A stretch of DNA of 64,000 bases, from contig NMRA01000176.1 of NCBI GenBank assembly GCA_002633005.1, positions 580,901-644,900 on the forward strand, in the 5' to 3' direction. Source of the stretch: Phoronis australis (Eukaryota > Animalia > Phoronida). Positions 28,141 to 39,584 of the stretch are shown piece after piece. The position numbers and the translations under genes are program-made. Every line of letters begins with the position of its first letter. Position 1 is the stretch's first letter. Below the pieces are notes generated by a model, which saw only the letters and a list, made by a program, of their open reading frames with translations, searched no databases and was not told the origin of the DNA.

Positions 28141-28400
28141 CCCGGGTGAGAATTTTACACGTTTGACATGCTTTTGAGCGTGTCAAATGTGTAAAAAAAT
28201 GTGTAATACGTGTCAAAATTGCCACGTTAACGTGTAAAACGTGTAAAAACATGACACGCTAGCGTGTCAAACGTGTAAAATTTGCCACGTTAACGTGTCA
28301 AACGTGTCAAACGTGTCAAGAACGTGTCAAAAACGTGTAATTTTCGTTCCAATACTCCACGTTTTTAGAGCGTGTCAAATGTGTCAAATTCTCACCCGGG
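28141..28400. mobile_element. 260-bp MITE with CCC termini and 2-bp TSD (EnSpm/CACTA-like)
   Basis: TT|CCCGGGTGAGAATTTTACAC ... GTGTCAAATTCTCACCCGGG|TT. The interior is made of repeated ACGTGTCAA/ACGTGTAAA. Confidence 0.75.
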
Positions 28401-28408
28401 TTATTTCT

Positions 28409-30644
28409 TGTGTCAACGTGAATGGCAATTGTTTCAGCAATAAGACTTTATACATTTGTTCAAGGCACTTTTGAAGATGAACGTCTTTTTATGAGGCTCT
28501 GGTAGGCTTACTACTTACTCCTGTCTTCACAAATCCAGTTTTGTTTTCTCCGTTTTGATGAAAACTATCTGGCAAACTTTTTGACGAAAATTGTCCGCTA
28601 AATTTCTTCCAAAGGCAGTGACTCGTAAACTCTTGTCCTTACGAGGAAGTTCAGCCATAGCCTAGTGAGCGAATTAACCAATTAAATTACTCTTCGCTGG
28701 CCCTGATCAGACGGTTGGTCTAAGCAGAATGCGCACATTTGGCCAGGATTTGGATCAGCGATTTCAACAAATTCACATTCGTGTACAAATAAATAGAACA
28801 CTGGTAAAACCTTTAACATAAATAAAGATTACATTAATACTTCAGAAATAACCACCTGGACCAGTCGAAATCTATCTCGCAATTCAACAGCAGGTTACAC
28901 ACTCATTTCATGTAGAATATATGCCGCACAAAATCTCTCGACTGCAGTCTATGAAAATGCAACCAACCTCTTTGAAAACATGGAACACCAGAGGGGTGTA
29001 AAGGTTGTTTTTATTCTTCAATATTAAATTTTTGTAAGCGGACATATGGTTTTTTAAATTTCCGCCTTAAGTCCTAACATTTCCAAACTTAAGCCTTTCA
29101 AACGAACGTTTGTGACGAAAACAAAATTCTTCAACCAGTTTTGTAAAGCCCTATGCCACCTGTAGGGTACATAATGAGCCAATCCCACTCCTAATGTAAC
29201 AAAAGGGTCCCCCCATAAAGGATACTAAGTATTGCCCTTCTGAAATATTACTGTATTCGCCCTAATAAGCAGCCAGGGCGCTTAGAAAAATCCGCTTCAG
29301 GAAGGGGGCGGGGGGCGCTTATTATAGCCCAAAAGTGGTTGAAAGATGGTCTCCGAAACAGGTGAAATCATAAGTTAGAATTCATCAAATGTACGCTCTG
29401 TGACGCATCTGTAACCCATGACAGAATTTCTACAAAACTGCAGTGCATTGCTGTCAAACTTTGTTGTTAACTTATAAGCATTTGTCAGAAAATCCCACTG
29501 CCACAAATTGCCGTGAATCAGGTTTCAAGCGCCTCAGCTNTGTGTCAACGTGAATGGCAATTGTTTCAGCAATAAGACTTTATACATTTGTTCAAGGCAC
29601 TTTTGAAGATGAACGTTTTTTTATGAGGCTCTGGTAGGCTTACTACTTACTCCTGTCTTCACAAATCCATTTTTGTTTTCTCCGTTTTGATGAAAACTAT
29701 CTGGCAAACTTTTTGACAAAAATTGTCCGCTAAATTTCTTCCAAAGGCAGTGACTAGTAAACTCTTGTCCTTATGAGGAAGTTCAGCCATAGCCTAGTGA
29801 GCGAATTAACCAATTACTCTTCGCTGACCCTGATCAGACGGTTGGTCTAAGCAGAATGCGCACATTTGGCAAGGATTTGGATCAGCGATTTCAACAAATT
29901 CACATTCGTGTACAAATAAATAGAACACTGGTAAAACCTTTAACATAAATAAAGATTACATTTAATACTTCAGAAATAACCACCTGGACCAGTCGAAATC
30001 TATCTCGCAATTCAACAGCAAGTTACACACTCATTTCATGTCGAATATATGCCGCACAAAATCTCTCGACTGCAGTCTATGAAAATGCAACCAACCTCTT
30101 TGAAAACATGGAACACCAGAGGGGTGTAAAGGTTGTTTTTATTCTTATTTCCGTAAGCGGACATATGGTTTTTTGAATTTCCGCCTTAAGTCCTAACATT
30201 TCCAAACTTAAGCCTTTCAAACGAACGTTTGACGAAAACAAAATTCTTCAACCAGTTTTGTAAAGTCCTATGCCACCTGTAGGGTACATAATGAGCCAAT
30301 CCCACTCCTAATATAACAAAAGGGTCCCCGCATAAAGGATACTAAGTATTGCCCTTCTGAAATATTACCGTATTCGCCCTAATAAGCAGCCAGGGCGCTT
30401 AGAAAAATCCGCTTCAGGAAGGGGGCGGGGGCGCTTATTATAGCCCAAAAGTGGTTGAAAGATGGTCTCCGAAACAGGTGAAATCATAAGTTAGAATACG
30501 CTCTGTGACGCATCTGTAAGCTATGACAGAATTTCTACAAAACTGCAGTGCATTGCTGTCAAACTTTGTTGTTAACTTATAAGCATTTGTCAGAAAATCT
30601 AACTGCCACAAATTGCCGTGAATCAGGTTTCAAGCGCCTCAGCT
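28409..30644 (+). repeat. Near-identical ~1.1-kb tandem duplication (28409-29539 / 29541-30644) joined by a single N; probably two uncollapsed haplotypes
   Basis: Copies differ only by scattered SNPs and small indels, and the junction is exactly the N at 29540. Confidence 0.85.
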
Positions 30645-31350
30645 TGGATTAACTATATAATAATAAACCATAAAAATGGTTCCAAGTGATTGGTGCAATG
30701 GGCCCACATGTGCTGCCTGCGCAGGTCTGGTAAAACGTGTATCATGCAGCTCCTGACTTAAACACAGGTCTTGTTTTTTTAATTTTGGTCCAGTATAAAT
30801 AACGCCACAGATGTGGAAATCCAGCGAAACACTTCTACCTTACAAATCTGACAATCCCTAGTCTCAGAAAATTTGAGCACCCGGCAAAAGATACTAATGA
30901 TGAAATTCTGGTCATGATAATCACCCACTTTGGTTATTTACTTCACTTACACAATTTGAAATAGTTGGTAAAATCAAGCCCATTCCACTAAGCACCATGT
31001 GGGTCCCAATGCCAACCCAATATATGATAGAACCCAACAAGCTCAAGTTGCAGTCAAATCAGGATGGGCATTAATAAGGAAATTTACTGTATCAACAGAT
31101 TAGCCAAATAAGAATAAGATACAAAGTGCTGCTACAGTGCACACGTGCACGATACTTGGTCTATTATTTTCCCGCCATTAATGCATGAACCAATCAGAAC
31201 ATCAATGGCGCAAAGTTTTCGAAAACAGCTCAAGTTTTAGGGAGTCCTGGTACTGCTCTGTTTATTTTCAAAATTTATTGTGTTACATTTAATTTATTTT
31301 CTGTTCAACTCAATGAAGCCACTTAATATGAATGCATTCAACACAATTAC

Positions 31351-33024
31351 AGGAGCATGCCACCCAAAAAACAACCTAATTTGTATCAATTTAGATCGAG
31401 TAGTTCTACACCATAACGACACGTATGGTTGTGTTACCATACACCTGACGGCAGATGGAGGTGTTGAAATAAATCCAATGACGTCATCGGTTTCACATGC
31501 AGTCTGTTCAGCAGTTCACAACACGGGTTACTGGTGTCAGCTTATCGCTTGAAGTCTTCGTTTAACACCAATAAATCATCAAACTTCGATGTAAAACCCT
31601 TAAATATACACCGAGTTCTTATAAAAACGTGTTGTTTTATTTCGCTCTTACGGATTTATTGGTATTTGGACATACCATAGCCTACAAAGTTCGGCAATGA
31701 GGCCAATAAGGTCCGGAGTTTGGGGTCTGTTCGGAGATAATTTCGAAGTATTTTCCGTGAGATACAGACAGGAGAGCCTAGATCTGTGTTGTGTAAACTT
31801 GTGATTTTTTTAGTTCTAAACACAAAACGCTTGTTATCCTGGCCAGTGGCTCAGAGCCCGATCAGGCCCGTCGCGGCCGCCCGGATTGACAGACGGTTAT
31901 CCCGGCCAGTGGCTCGGAGACTGATCAGACATCACGAACAATAAACCAGTCAAAGTTCAGTGGAAACTAAACTTCCAGTCAAGAAAATACTATACTAGTG
32001 AGCCAAAGTAATGTGCACGTGATTATGTTGGTGAATTAGCCACGAAACTGCAAATCTACTTACTCGTCGGGGGCCGCGAATTCAGGTTCCGCTTTGTCCA
32101 CAGCACCATCAGGGCAGAAGTTGTACATTGACAATCATAGTGAGTAATGTAAATGTAAATAAAGATTCCCCTAACACCTGGCCGTGGGATGGAAATCGAG
32201 TTGTTTCGCAACAGTTTCTGCCAGCAAACCCTAAATTAGCATGAGCTCACACGGCCTCGGTGTCCCGTCAATTATTTTTTATTGCACCTAAAGCTGGTAA
32301 CGCAGTGATTCATTCATTGCTGGCTTTTCAAATCCTTTGCACTCACGAACACTCCAAAGGCATTACAAATTGCATCTAATGAGACAGACTTTGTTTCAGT
32401 TTTATGTAAGTATTGGTTAGGGTGAGAATAATTCATTTTCAGTTGAAACAGAACGCTCAGTAATAAACGCCAACATGGCAATCATCGCAATCCCGACTCA
32501 GGACGAGCTAGAGCTCATCAGTCCCGACTTCGCAGGTGGATCGTTAAGTTTTACAGGCTATCAATTCGACCAGGAATACAGTGATGAAGAAATACTACAG
32601 GCGCCGTGAACAAGCTCAGACAACAGAACGTATGGAGTTATTTGTTAAACCGGCATTCGTCAGGCACTGTCGACGTCTGCAGGCCACAGACACGGAGATT
32701 TTTCACGGCCTCATACTTGCTATTTACAGCGTACTTTTCATTCTTTGCTACCATGAGCATTTCGGACTCTTGAGGAAGTAAAAAAAAAACGATATACCCG
32801 CTTTCCTGGCAGCTGCTTAGTTCGGACAAGCGGGAACGATGAACCGTAACACAGCAGCATTCACTCTGCATATGAACCATTGACCTCGCTAGCGTCGTTT
32901 CTCACCTTCCTCACAGGTTAACGCGACACCTCTTGGCAAGGTAAGGTCGACCGTATGCGAGGCGATGTGGATATAGATCAATTAAGACGGCAAAAAGACT
33001 AATTAAATTGGGTGGCATTCGCCT
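31351..33024. mobile_element. Kolobok-like non-autonomous DNA transposon, copy 2
   Basis: Ends ttac|AGGAGCATGCCACCCA ... TGGGTGGCATTCGCCT|TTAA (16-bp imperfect TIR, TTAA target). THAP relic YAVNSKYEAVKNLRVC on minus; collinear with 6925-8630. Confidence 0.75.
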
Positions 33025-35819
33025 TTAATACATTGTAAAAACCAAAATTTATGATCTATCAACATTAGACAAAATTAGTACACCCCTTTCTTAAAAAATG
33101 GGTTAAAAGTTAGAAACAAAGGACACAAGTTTCCATCACTTGTATCATCGATTTTCGACATTGATGTTGGGGAGGAACATCAGTCTGGCGACAGCAACAC
33201 GGAATTGCACGAAGGCGATGATTTTCAAAATTTGATTCGTTTTTGTTGTATGTCTTTTTTCCCTATGGTTCAGGGTTACTTCTGAATTCAGGAACAAGAA
33301 CTGAAAGAGGCAGAGTTCGTGATAACGTTGGAGAACCGTAACAGTGTTACAAATGTCATCGATATTGTCACCTCCTCTGTTTTCATCCAACCTTCCCTGA
33401 TGAAAACTTGAATGAAGAGGACCTTCAGTACTTGAGTGAGCATGGTATACTGTGTGATTTATGTTGAATTATTCAACGGTTCTTTTAAGAACCATTTCAC
33501 GCTATACCTAAGGCTCATGCACAGTACAACCAACGGCCTTTTTAAGGGCCACTCAACACTTCCTATAAGAACTGCTCACTTGAGAATGTTGAATTATAAA
33601 CATGCAAAGGTTAAACTAGTCAAATCGCTGCAGAGCGCATTTTTTAATTCGAAAAAAAATTATATTTTTCTAAACCAAAAACGTTATATAAGTATCTTTT
33701 GCATTCACAGGTACTCCTTGGAATTTGTGTGTAGTTTTCTCAGTAGGCCTATATGAACCATAAATCACAGACTGTCTGATAACTACATTGTATGCTGCTA
33801 TTGGGCAAGCAGACGACATAATCAGTTGGCACAGAAGTTCTAATTTTGTAATTAATTACCAGTAGCATTGCCAAAAGTACTCACGATACCAACATTTCTA
33901 CTACTGAAAGACTTTAAACAGCGTTTCAATGCCGAAATTAATATTTTTTCGTTGTACTGGACAGTAAAGTAGATGCAAATATTTCTCGTCAAAATACACT
34001 AACCGGAAACTGCACCAGAAAATTTAGGAGAGTGGCGGCGCCTCTTGGCTAGCATGTAAGTAAATGTTGGAGTTGCGAATCTGTTGTCTATAATCTATGG
34101 TCACAGATAACGCAGTGGCTAAGATCAAGGGAAAATGATAGTAAAACTATACATGGCTCTGTCACTGGACCACATTCAAGATGAGACGCTGAGAGCTAAT
34201 TCGACGATTTCACTTGACTCACATCGTTCAGTGATTTCTTAACCTATCCACCTATGCTTTCTTGATAAAAATCAATAAATGGAAGGTGAGTGCACTCCAT
34301 GGTGAGCTAAAGGCCAAGAGTTATTAATACACTTGAGTCGTTAGATGACTACTTAATTCGACATTTGGTTTAATCTGATCACTGGTTTTATTATAAAGGT
34401 ATCAGAAACTTACCAAGTGAAACAAAGATTGCAGAGATTATGAACATAAAGCCTATAGAGGATTGATAGAATAGCAGGTCCTGAACACTAACGAAGTCTA
34501 CTTATGATGAACTAAGGAATTGAATCAAAAAAGCAGTCTAAAAAGATCGCAACCACGAACTTTAAACATGACATCCACGACATCAATGCCACCCACTGAT
34601 TTTTTGATTGAAACTCCATGTTTTACATGTTGATTCAATGAAGAGCATGTAAACTTCGACTAAAACAACTATCTGTAATAGCCACAGCTAGTTGTCAAAA
34701 CTAATAAAACTAAGCCAGTTCATGCAAGCCTTTCTTGCAGTACTTTTATCCCGAATCCTAAAAATTCATCAGATGAGCGCAAAACTGAGTAATAATTTAA
34801 CGGCGGTCAGTAAAACATCAGGAGAAATAGTTACGGATTATTTTCTCAAAAGCAATAGCCTAAATTGGACCATTTCTTTGCTCATGTAGAGGCCATGTAT
34901 CAAACACCTGGACGTGGTTTGATGTTAGCTCAACACAATCTTATAAAGTGTATTGCAAGTCTCCTAAATTTTATGCCCAATTGCAAAAATAACTTAAAGC
35001 AATTTTCTGATATCTAACAGAAGAGCACTGTGATCACCATCAAGTACTTCGTAGATCACTGAATTAAGAAGTCCAACAATGCAGATTTAAAGCTGCACAT
35101 TCTCCAGCGATCATCGAAGTGGTTACGAGTCAGTTCACCCACAAGAGGCAATTTGGATGACCCATGGGTTATGTTTAAAACTTTCTGATCTTCTCCAATT
35201 GGACTTTTCTTTGGGTGGGGCATTTTAATATGTGGTTCCATCGGCTACCTCAGAATGTTAGGCAGCAATTAGGTTTAACTCCAGTTCAGTTTAGCCGAAC
35301 ACGAAAATCAACAGCTGCAGTGTGCTTTTCACAATATGCTAGACCCCATATCTTTAACGTTGTTTTGGCCACAGGCACTAATTTCGATAAGCTGTTCTGC
35401 ATTGCCATTGTCATAGAGATGCAATGCAATACTTTCTACTCAAGGCAAAGTGCGGCAAGACTGTGTCACAAACTTAATGCGCCTGTTGGCCATATAATCA
35501 CAGTACGACAACAATAATTTTTAAGCCCCAATGACCCAGACGCACTCCTAAAATTATCCCTGGTCCTCTGTGTGAGCTATATGACCACCACAAGGACACT
35601 ACCCTAACAACATCAGCCCATAAACTTTCCTTCCCCTTCCACGACACGATCTTATTTCTGTTGCCACAACATTTATGTGTGATTGAAAAAACTGCTTCAG
35701 AAAATCATAGAGCTGGTTGGATATTTCAAAATTTGACCGGAGTCTGGAACTTATTCATGGGTTACCTGTGACCCACCCAAATGTTCGAACAGAGGCTATC
35801 AATGGCAATTACTTATCAC

Positions 35820-36684
35820 AACAAGAGCAACGCGGAGCGTTGAAATGTGCCCACAATTGCACCGCATACTTTGCAAAATGGAAAGGCATGGTCATTGTCT
35901 CCTCAATAGGCTAGGGGCAAAATGTGAGTAATCTTCATAATACAAGCACATCCTATGCACCAGTTGCTTAAAGCACCACAGAAACATAGAATTAAAAACA
36001 AATTTACCAACATACGAGATTAGCACAGCATTAGAATGCCAGAAACAAATTTCTACTTGGAACTTTTCCTTCACAGTCACGAAGTAACACAAAGTATACA
36101 CCTGAAGACCTATGAAAATACAGAGGTCAATGTAAAATACTAAAATTGCCACTAGAGGCAAATACTAAAATTGCCACTAGAGGCATACCGGTAATCANTG
36201 AGCGGTTTGGTTGATAGAGGGGTGGAAGCACAAAAACAGATTCGAAAACAATAAAAATGGCCACTAGGTGGCGCAAACTATGTCGAATCCATCTGAAAAC
36301 GGCAGTATAGCGTCATCTCACTAATAGGTGCCTACATACCAAATTTCATGAAAATCCGTTCAGGACTTTTGAAGATACAAAGGTAAGCGTAAAAAACTAA
36401 AATTGCCACTAGGGGGCACACCGGTAGTCGAATCCGTCCGAAAGTTCGCACATGCCGTCCCATTCATGAATGGAACATATGTGCCAAATTTCATGAACGT
36501 ATGTCAAAGGGTTTTGGAGATAGAGCAGCGGACGCCGGACGCCAGACGCCGGACGCCAGACGCCGGACGCCAGACGCCGGACGGACGCCACCCGGACGGA
36601 CGGACGGACGGACAGAGATGACGGCATAATGCGTCCACATATAAATATGTGGGCGCATAAATATAAATATGTGGGCGCATAATA
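35820..36684 (-). mobile_element. Helentron-associated (HINE/DINE-1/pearl-like) non-autonomous element, copy 1 (interior collapsed at an N)
   Basis: One end is AACAAGAG + hairpin CAACGCGGAGCGTTG + subTIR ATGTGCCCACA. The other end has a (GGAC)n microsatellite, a stem-loop and TGTGGGCGCATAA. Satellite monomers lie between. Confidence 0.75.
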
Positions 36685-37476
36685 AAATTGGTTTCACCTT
36701 GTTCTTTACTCAGATGAGAAGCGATTTCTGGGTTTATAATTGGTTGTTTCTTGAGACCATGCGCACGGGATAAAACGACACACGATGACATGCCAACTCG
36801 AAGAGCCTGATCTCAAGCCATAACAAAATGTACAGTAATTCTATACTGATTTAGCACACTCACCTCAATTTGCACACCAAAAGTGTTTTTTGGAGAAATA
36901 ATATGTTTTCCCTCACTTATTTTACATGGTGGGAATTTCTTGCCTCAAGTATTTAATATTTTCTTTGGAAACCCTCAAGTCACCAACAATTTTCTAATGA
37001 GAAAAGAACACATACAGGCCACTGTCATAACGGTAAGTGGTCTAAATCACAAGTTGTTCTTTTGTTGTTTTGTGATGAAAAATATGTGTATAGTAAGTGC
37101 TTTAATCTTCTTTGTTTTTATGACTAAGCAGTAAGTAAAGACCTGCGCACAAACAAGCCCAGGAGTCTAAACATATTTTGGGCATTTTTGGGGGAAATTC
37201 CTTGCACCTTCTGGACTATAAGACATTTTGCTTTATAATAGGTTATTTGCGATTGAAATGTTAAGGTTTTGGAGTTTATTTTCAATGAAATTGGGAAAAA
37301 CTTTAATTAAAAGTCAACAGTTAGAAGCTTTTATTCATAAACACTTGCTAGATGTACTGTACAAATTTTCCTTGTATATGCCATCTGCACGTCTTTGTGA
37401 ATGGGCTTGTGTCCAAAAAAACTTCATCCATTTTCTCAAGTATTTACACTTAATTATAAAAAAAACGTTGACTCAC

Positions 37477-37521
37477 CAGATTGTAAATCCCCAACAGTGT
37501 CGTTTCAATACTGTTCACAGT
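37477..37521 (-). CDS. FAM126A: Hyccin coding exon 4 (45 nt)
   Basis: tgtag|ACT...CTG|gtgagt; translates TVNSIETTLLGIYNL (cf. CIEALLLGVYNL). Confidence 0.92.
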
Positions 37522-38618
37522 CTACAAAACACAATATTCAAATAATAGTAAACTTTGTCCAGTTTTGCTAACAGAACTCTTGGGAAGGAACCCAGATTCT
37601 GTAGATTACTGCTTCTTTTTAAAAAAGGGAATTTCGACCAGTAAATTTTCAAGTCGTTGCCTTTTGGTTGTCAAATAAATTCTTTGAACAACAAGTAAGC
37701 CTTTTATAACAAACCGTACATAGGAACAAGACTACGAAGATTTTGTAAAATATTTATAAGTATTATCTGAACTTGGCATGACCCATTGCATATAGTAATA
37801 CATGCATGTTTCAAAGGTATATTTAACCCACACCTTGCTCATTTTGCTACTAACACTTCTAGGACTGGAAAGAACTGACTTTTTCTTATTGGTTCTGACT
37901 AAGTTCATAAAGTTACTTGCCATAGCCAGTTAGTTCGAATATCGCCTTCAGGGCGGTTCAAGGATATTTATTGTTAACAATCAAAATATAAGTTGACGAC
38001 ACGGCTTTGAACAAATACGCCGATGAAATCGGATTGTTTGATCACCAAAACATGGTTTACAGCCATTTAGAGCATTTTTCAGACCGTCACGCACTTTACT
38101 ACGACAACTTGAATAATGAATAATTACTATCAACAGAGTACGCATGGAGTAGATACACTGTACAGCTGTACATGATCACGTCACCTGACCTAGTTATTAA
38201 AAGTCTGAGAAGACTTTTGCCTCGTCAGTTGAAAGAAATCGCAAGTCAGATACTTTGTGTATTGGTAGAACAGTGAGCCTCATAAGTAAGTATTTAACAT
38301 AATCACCTTTTGACATGTTACGAAATTCTGGGCATTCGGTAATGTTACAAGCATTTAAAAATTGAAAAATTATTAATTTTAGCAATTCTTTTTTTCAGAA
38401 TTGCCGCATGTAAGATCCAAGTGATCCTTCACATAAAAACATTGGTCTCTTAAAAGCTTGCCTAGTCTGTTGTCAAAGCCAGAAAAGCTAGCAAACACAC
38501 ACCTCAGGAAGTGTATATAGGAAAAAACATGCTAATTTACTAAAAGGTTTTTTTTCTGCTTTTGAAAAAAGGTCATACAGAGTCCTAAAAGCTTCTTCCG
38601 ACACTCAAGTGGACAGAC

Positions 38619-38753
38619 CTTTTTCTCGTTTCTGCTGCACGCCACCAGGTAGAGTGAGAGTAGAGTTGGAACATACTGCAGGGTGAACCTTCGTAGCTCA
38701 ATGTGAGGCGACCGATAGAATTCAAACAGCTGGTGTACTACAGGCTCAACAAC
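38619..38753 (-). CDS. FAM126A: Hyccin coding exon 3
   Basis: tacag|GTT...AAG|gtctgt; translates VVEPVVHQLFEFYRSPHIELRRFTLQYVPTLLSLYLVACSRNEKK. Confidence 0.95.
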
Positions 38754-39584
38754 CTGTAAAAGAAAATCATTGTATGAAAATTGAAGGATTGCGAAGGTGC
38801 AATTACCCGAAAATGGGTGGCGTTAACCACGAAGATTACAACACACAGTGGCTAGAACCACAAATATACCGCCCCATGCTTTGACAATTAACCAAATTCA
38901 CTTTCTTTGAAATAGTATTTGTTTGTATTTCAATTTCCTTGTTTTTCTCAAAGCGTGGCTGCACTGCACACTTAATGTCTCGTGTTTACTGTTAACCATC
39001 AAAACAATCAATCATATTATTCACAAAACTAAGTGAGGTGATGTAGAAAGTAACTGTTACAACTCTTTACACCGACAAGTACGATCTAAATTCGTTGAAT
39101 TCGGGCCAACCTGTTTGCTAACAAGTGTTATGCAGGTATTTTGAATACTCTCATCTAGAGCACTGAGCATTTAGACAATCACATGACTCACTATTCACTT
39201 GAAAAGGTGAACATTCTTTCACAAATATTCTTCACCTAGGTCATTAACCCATCCAAAGATGGCCGGTCATGTGTAGGAACTCTTGAATAATTTTTAGATT
39301 AAGATAACGTCAAGTTTTAAAATAGCTAATAGGATTTGTAATCCATGGTTTATGTCAAATGAAGTGTGTGTGGCAAGCGTGGAATAGAATTTCAAGTAAC
39401 ACAGTTAGCGCACAATTGTTATACATGATAAAATGTCACCAAATTATGATACACTATGGCTGACAACTGAAATTCTATTGTGTCATTTTTTTTCCCATGA
39501 AAGATATATTTTGCACCAAGTTCTAGGCCATGACTACAATCAGTTTAATGTTTTGATGTGACCATTCATAAGCACTTGAACAAT

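Noticed and set aside
28409-30644. 1.1-kb tandem duplication as a real segmental duplication
   Set aside because: The junction is a single N and the differences look allelic, so this is most likely uncollapsed haplotypes.
36403-36791. Overlapping repetitive ORFs (RRTPDA / ASGVRR)
   Set aside because: They are translations of the (GACGCCR)n and (GGAC)n microsatellite in the HINE element.
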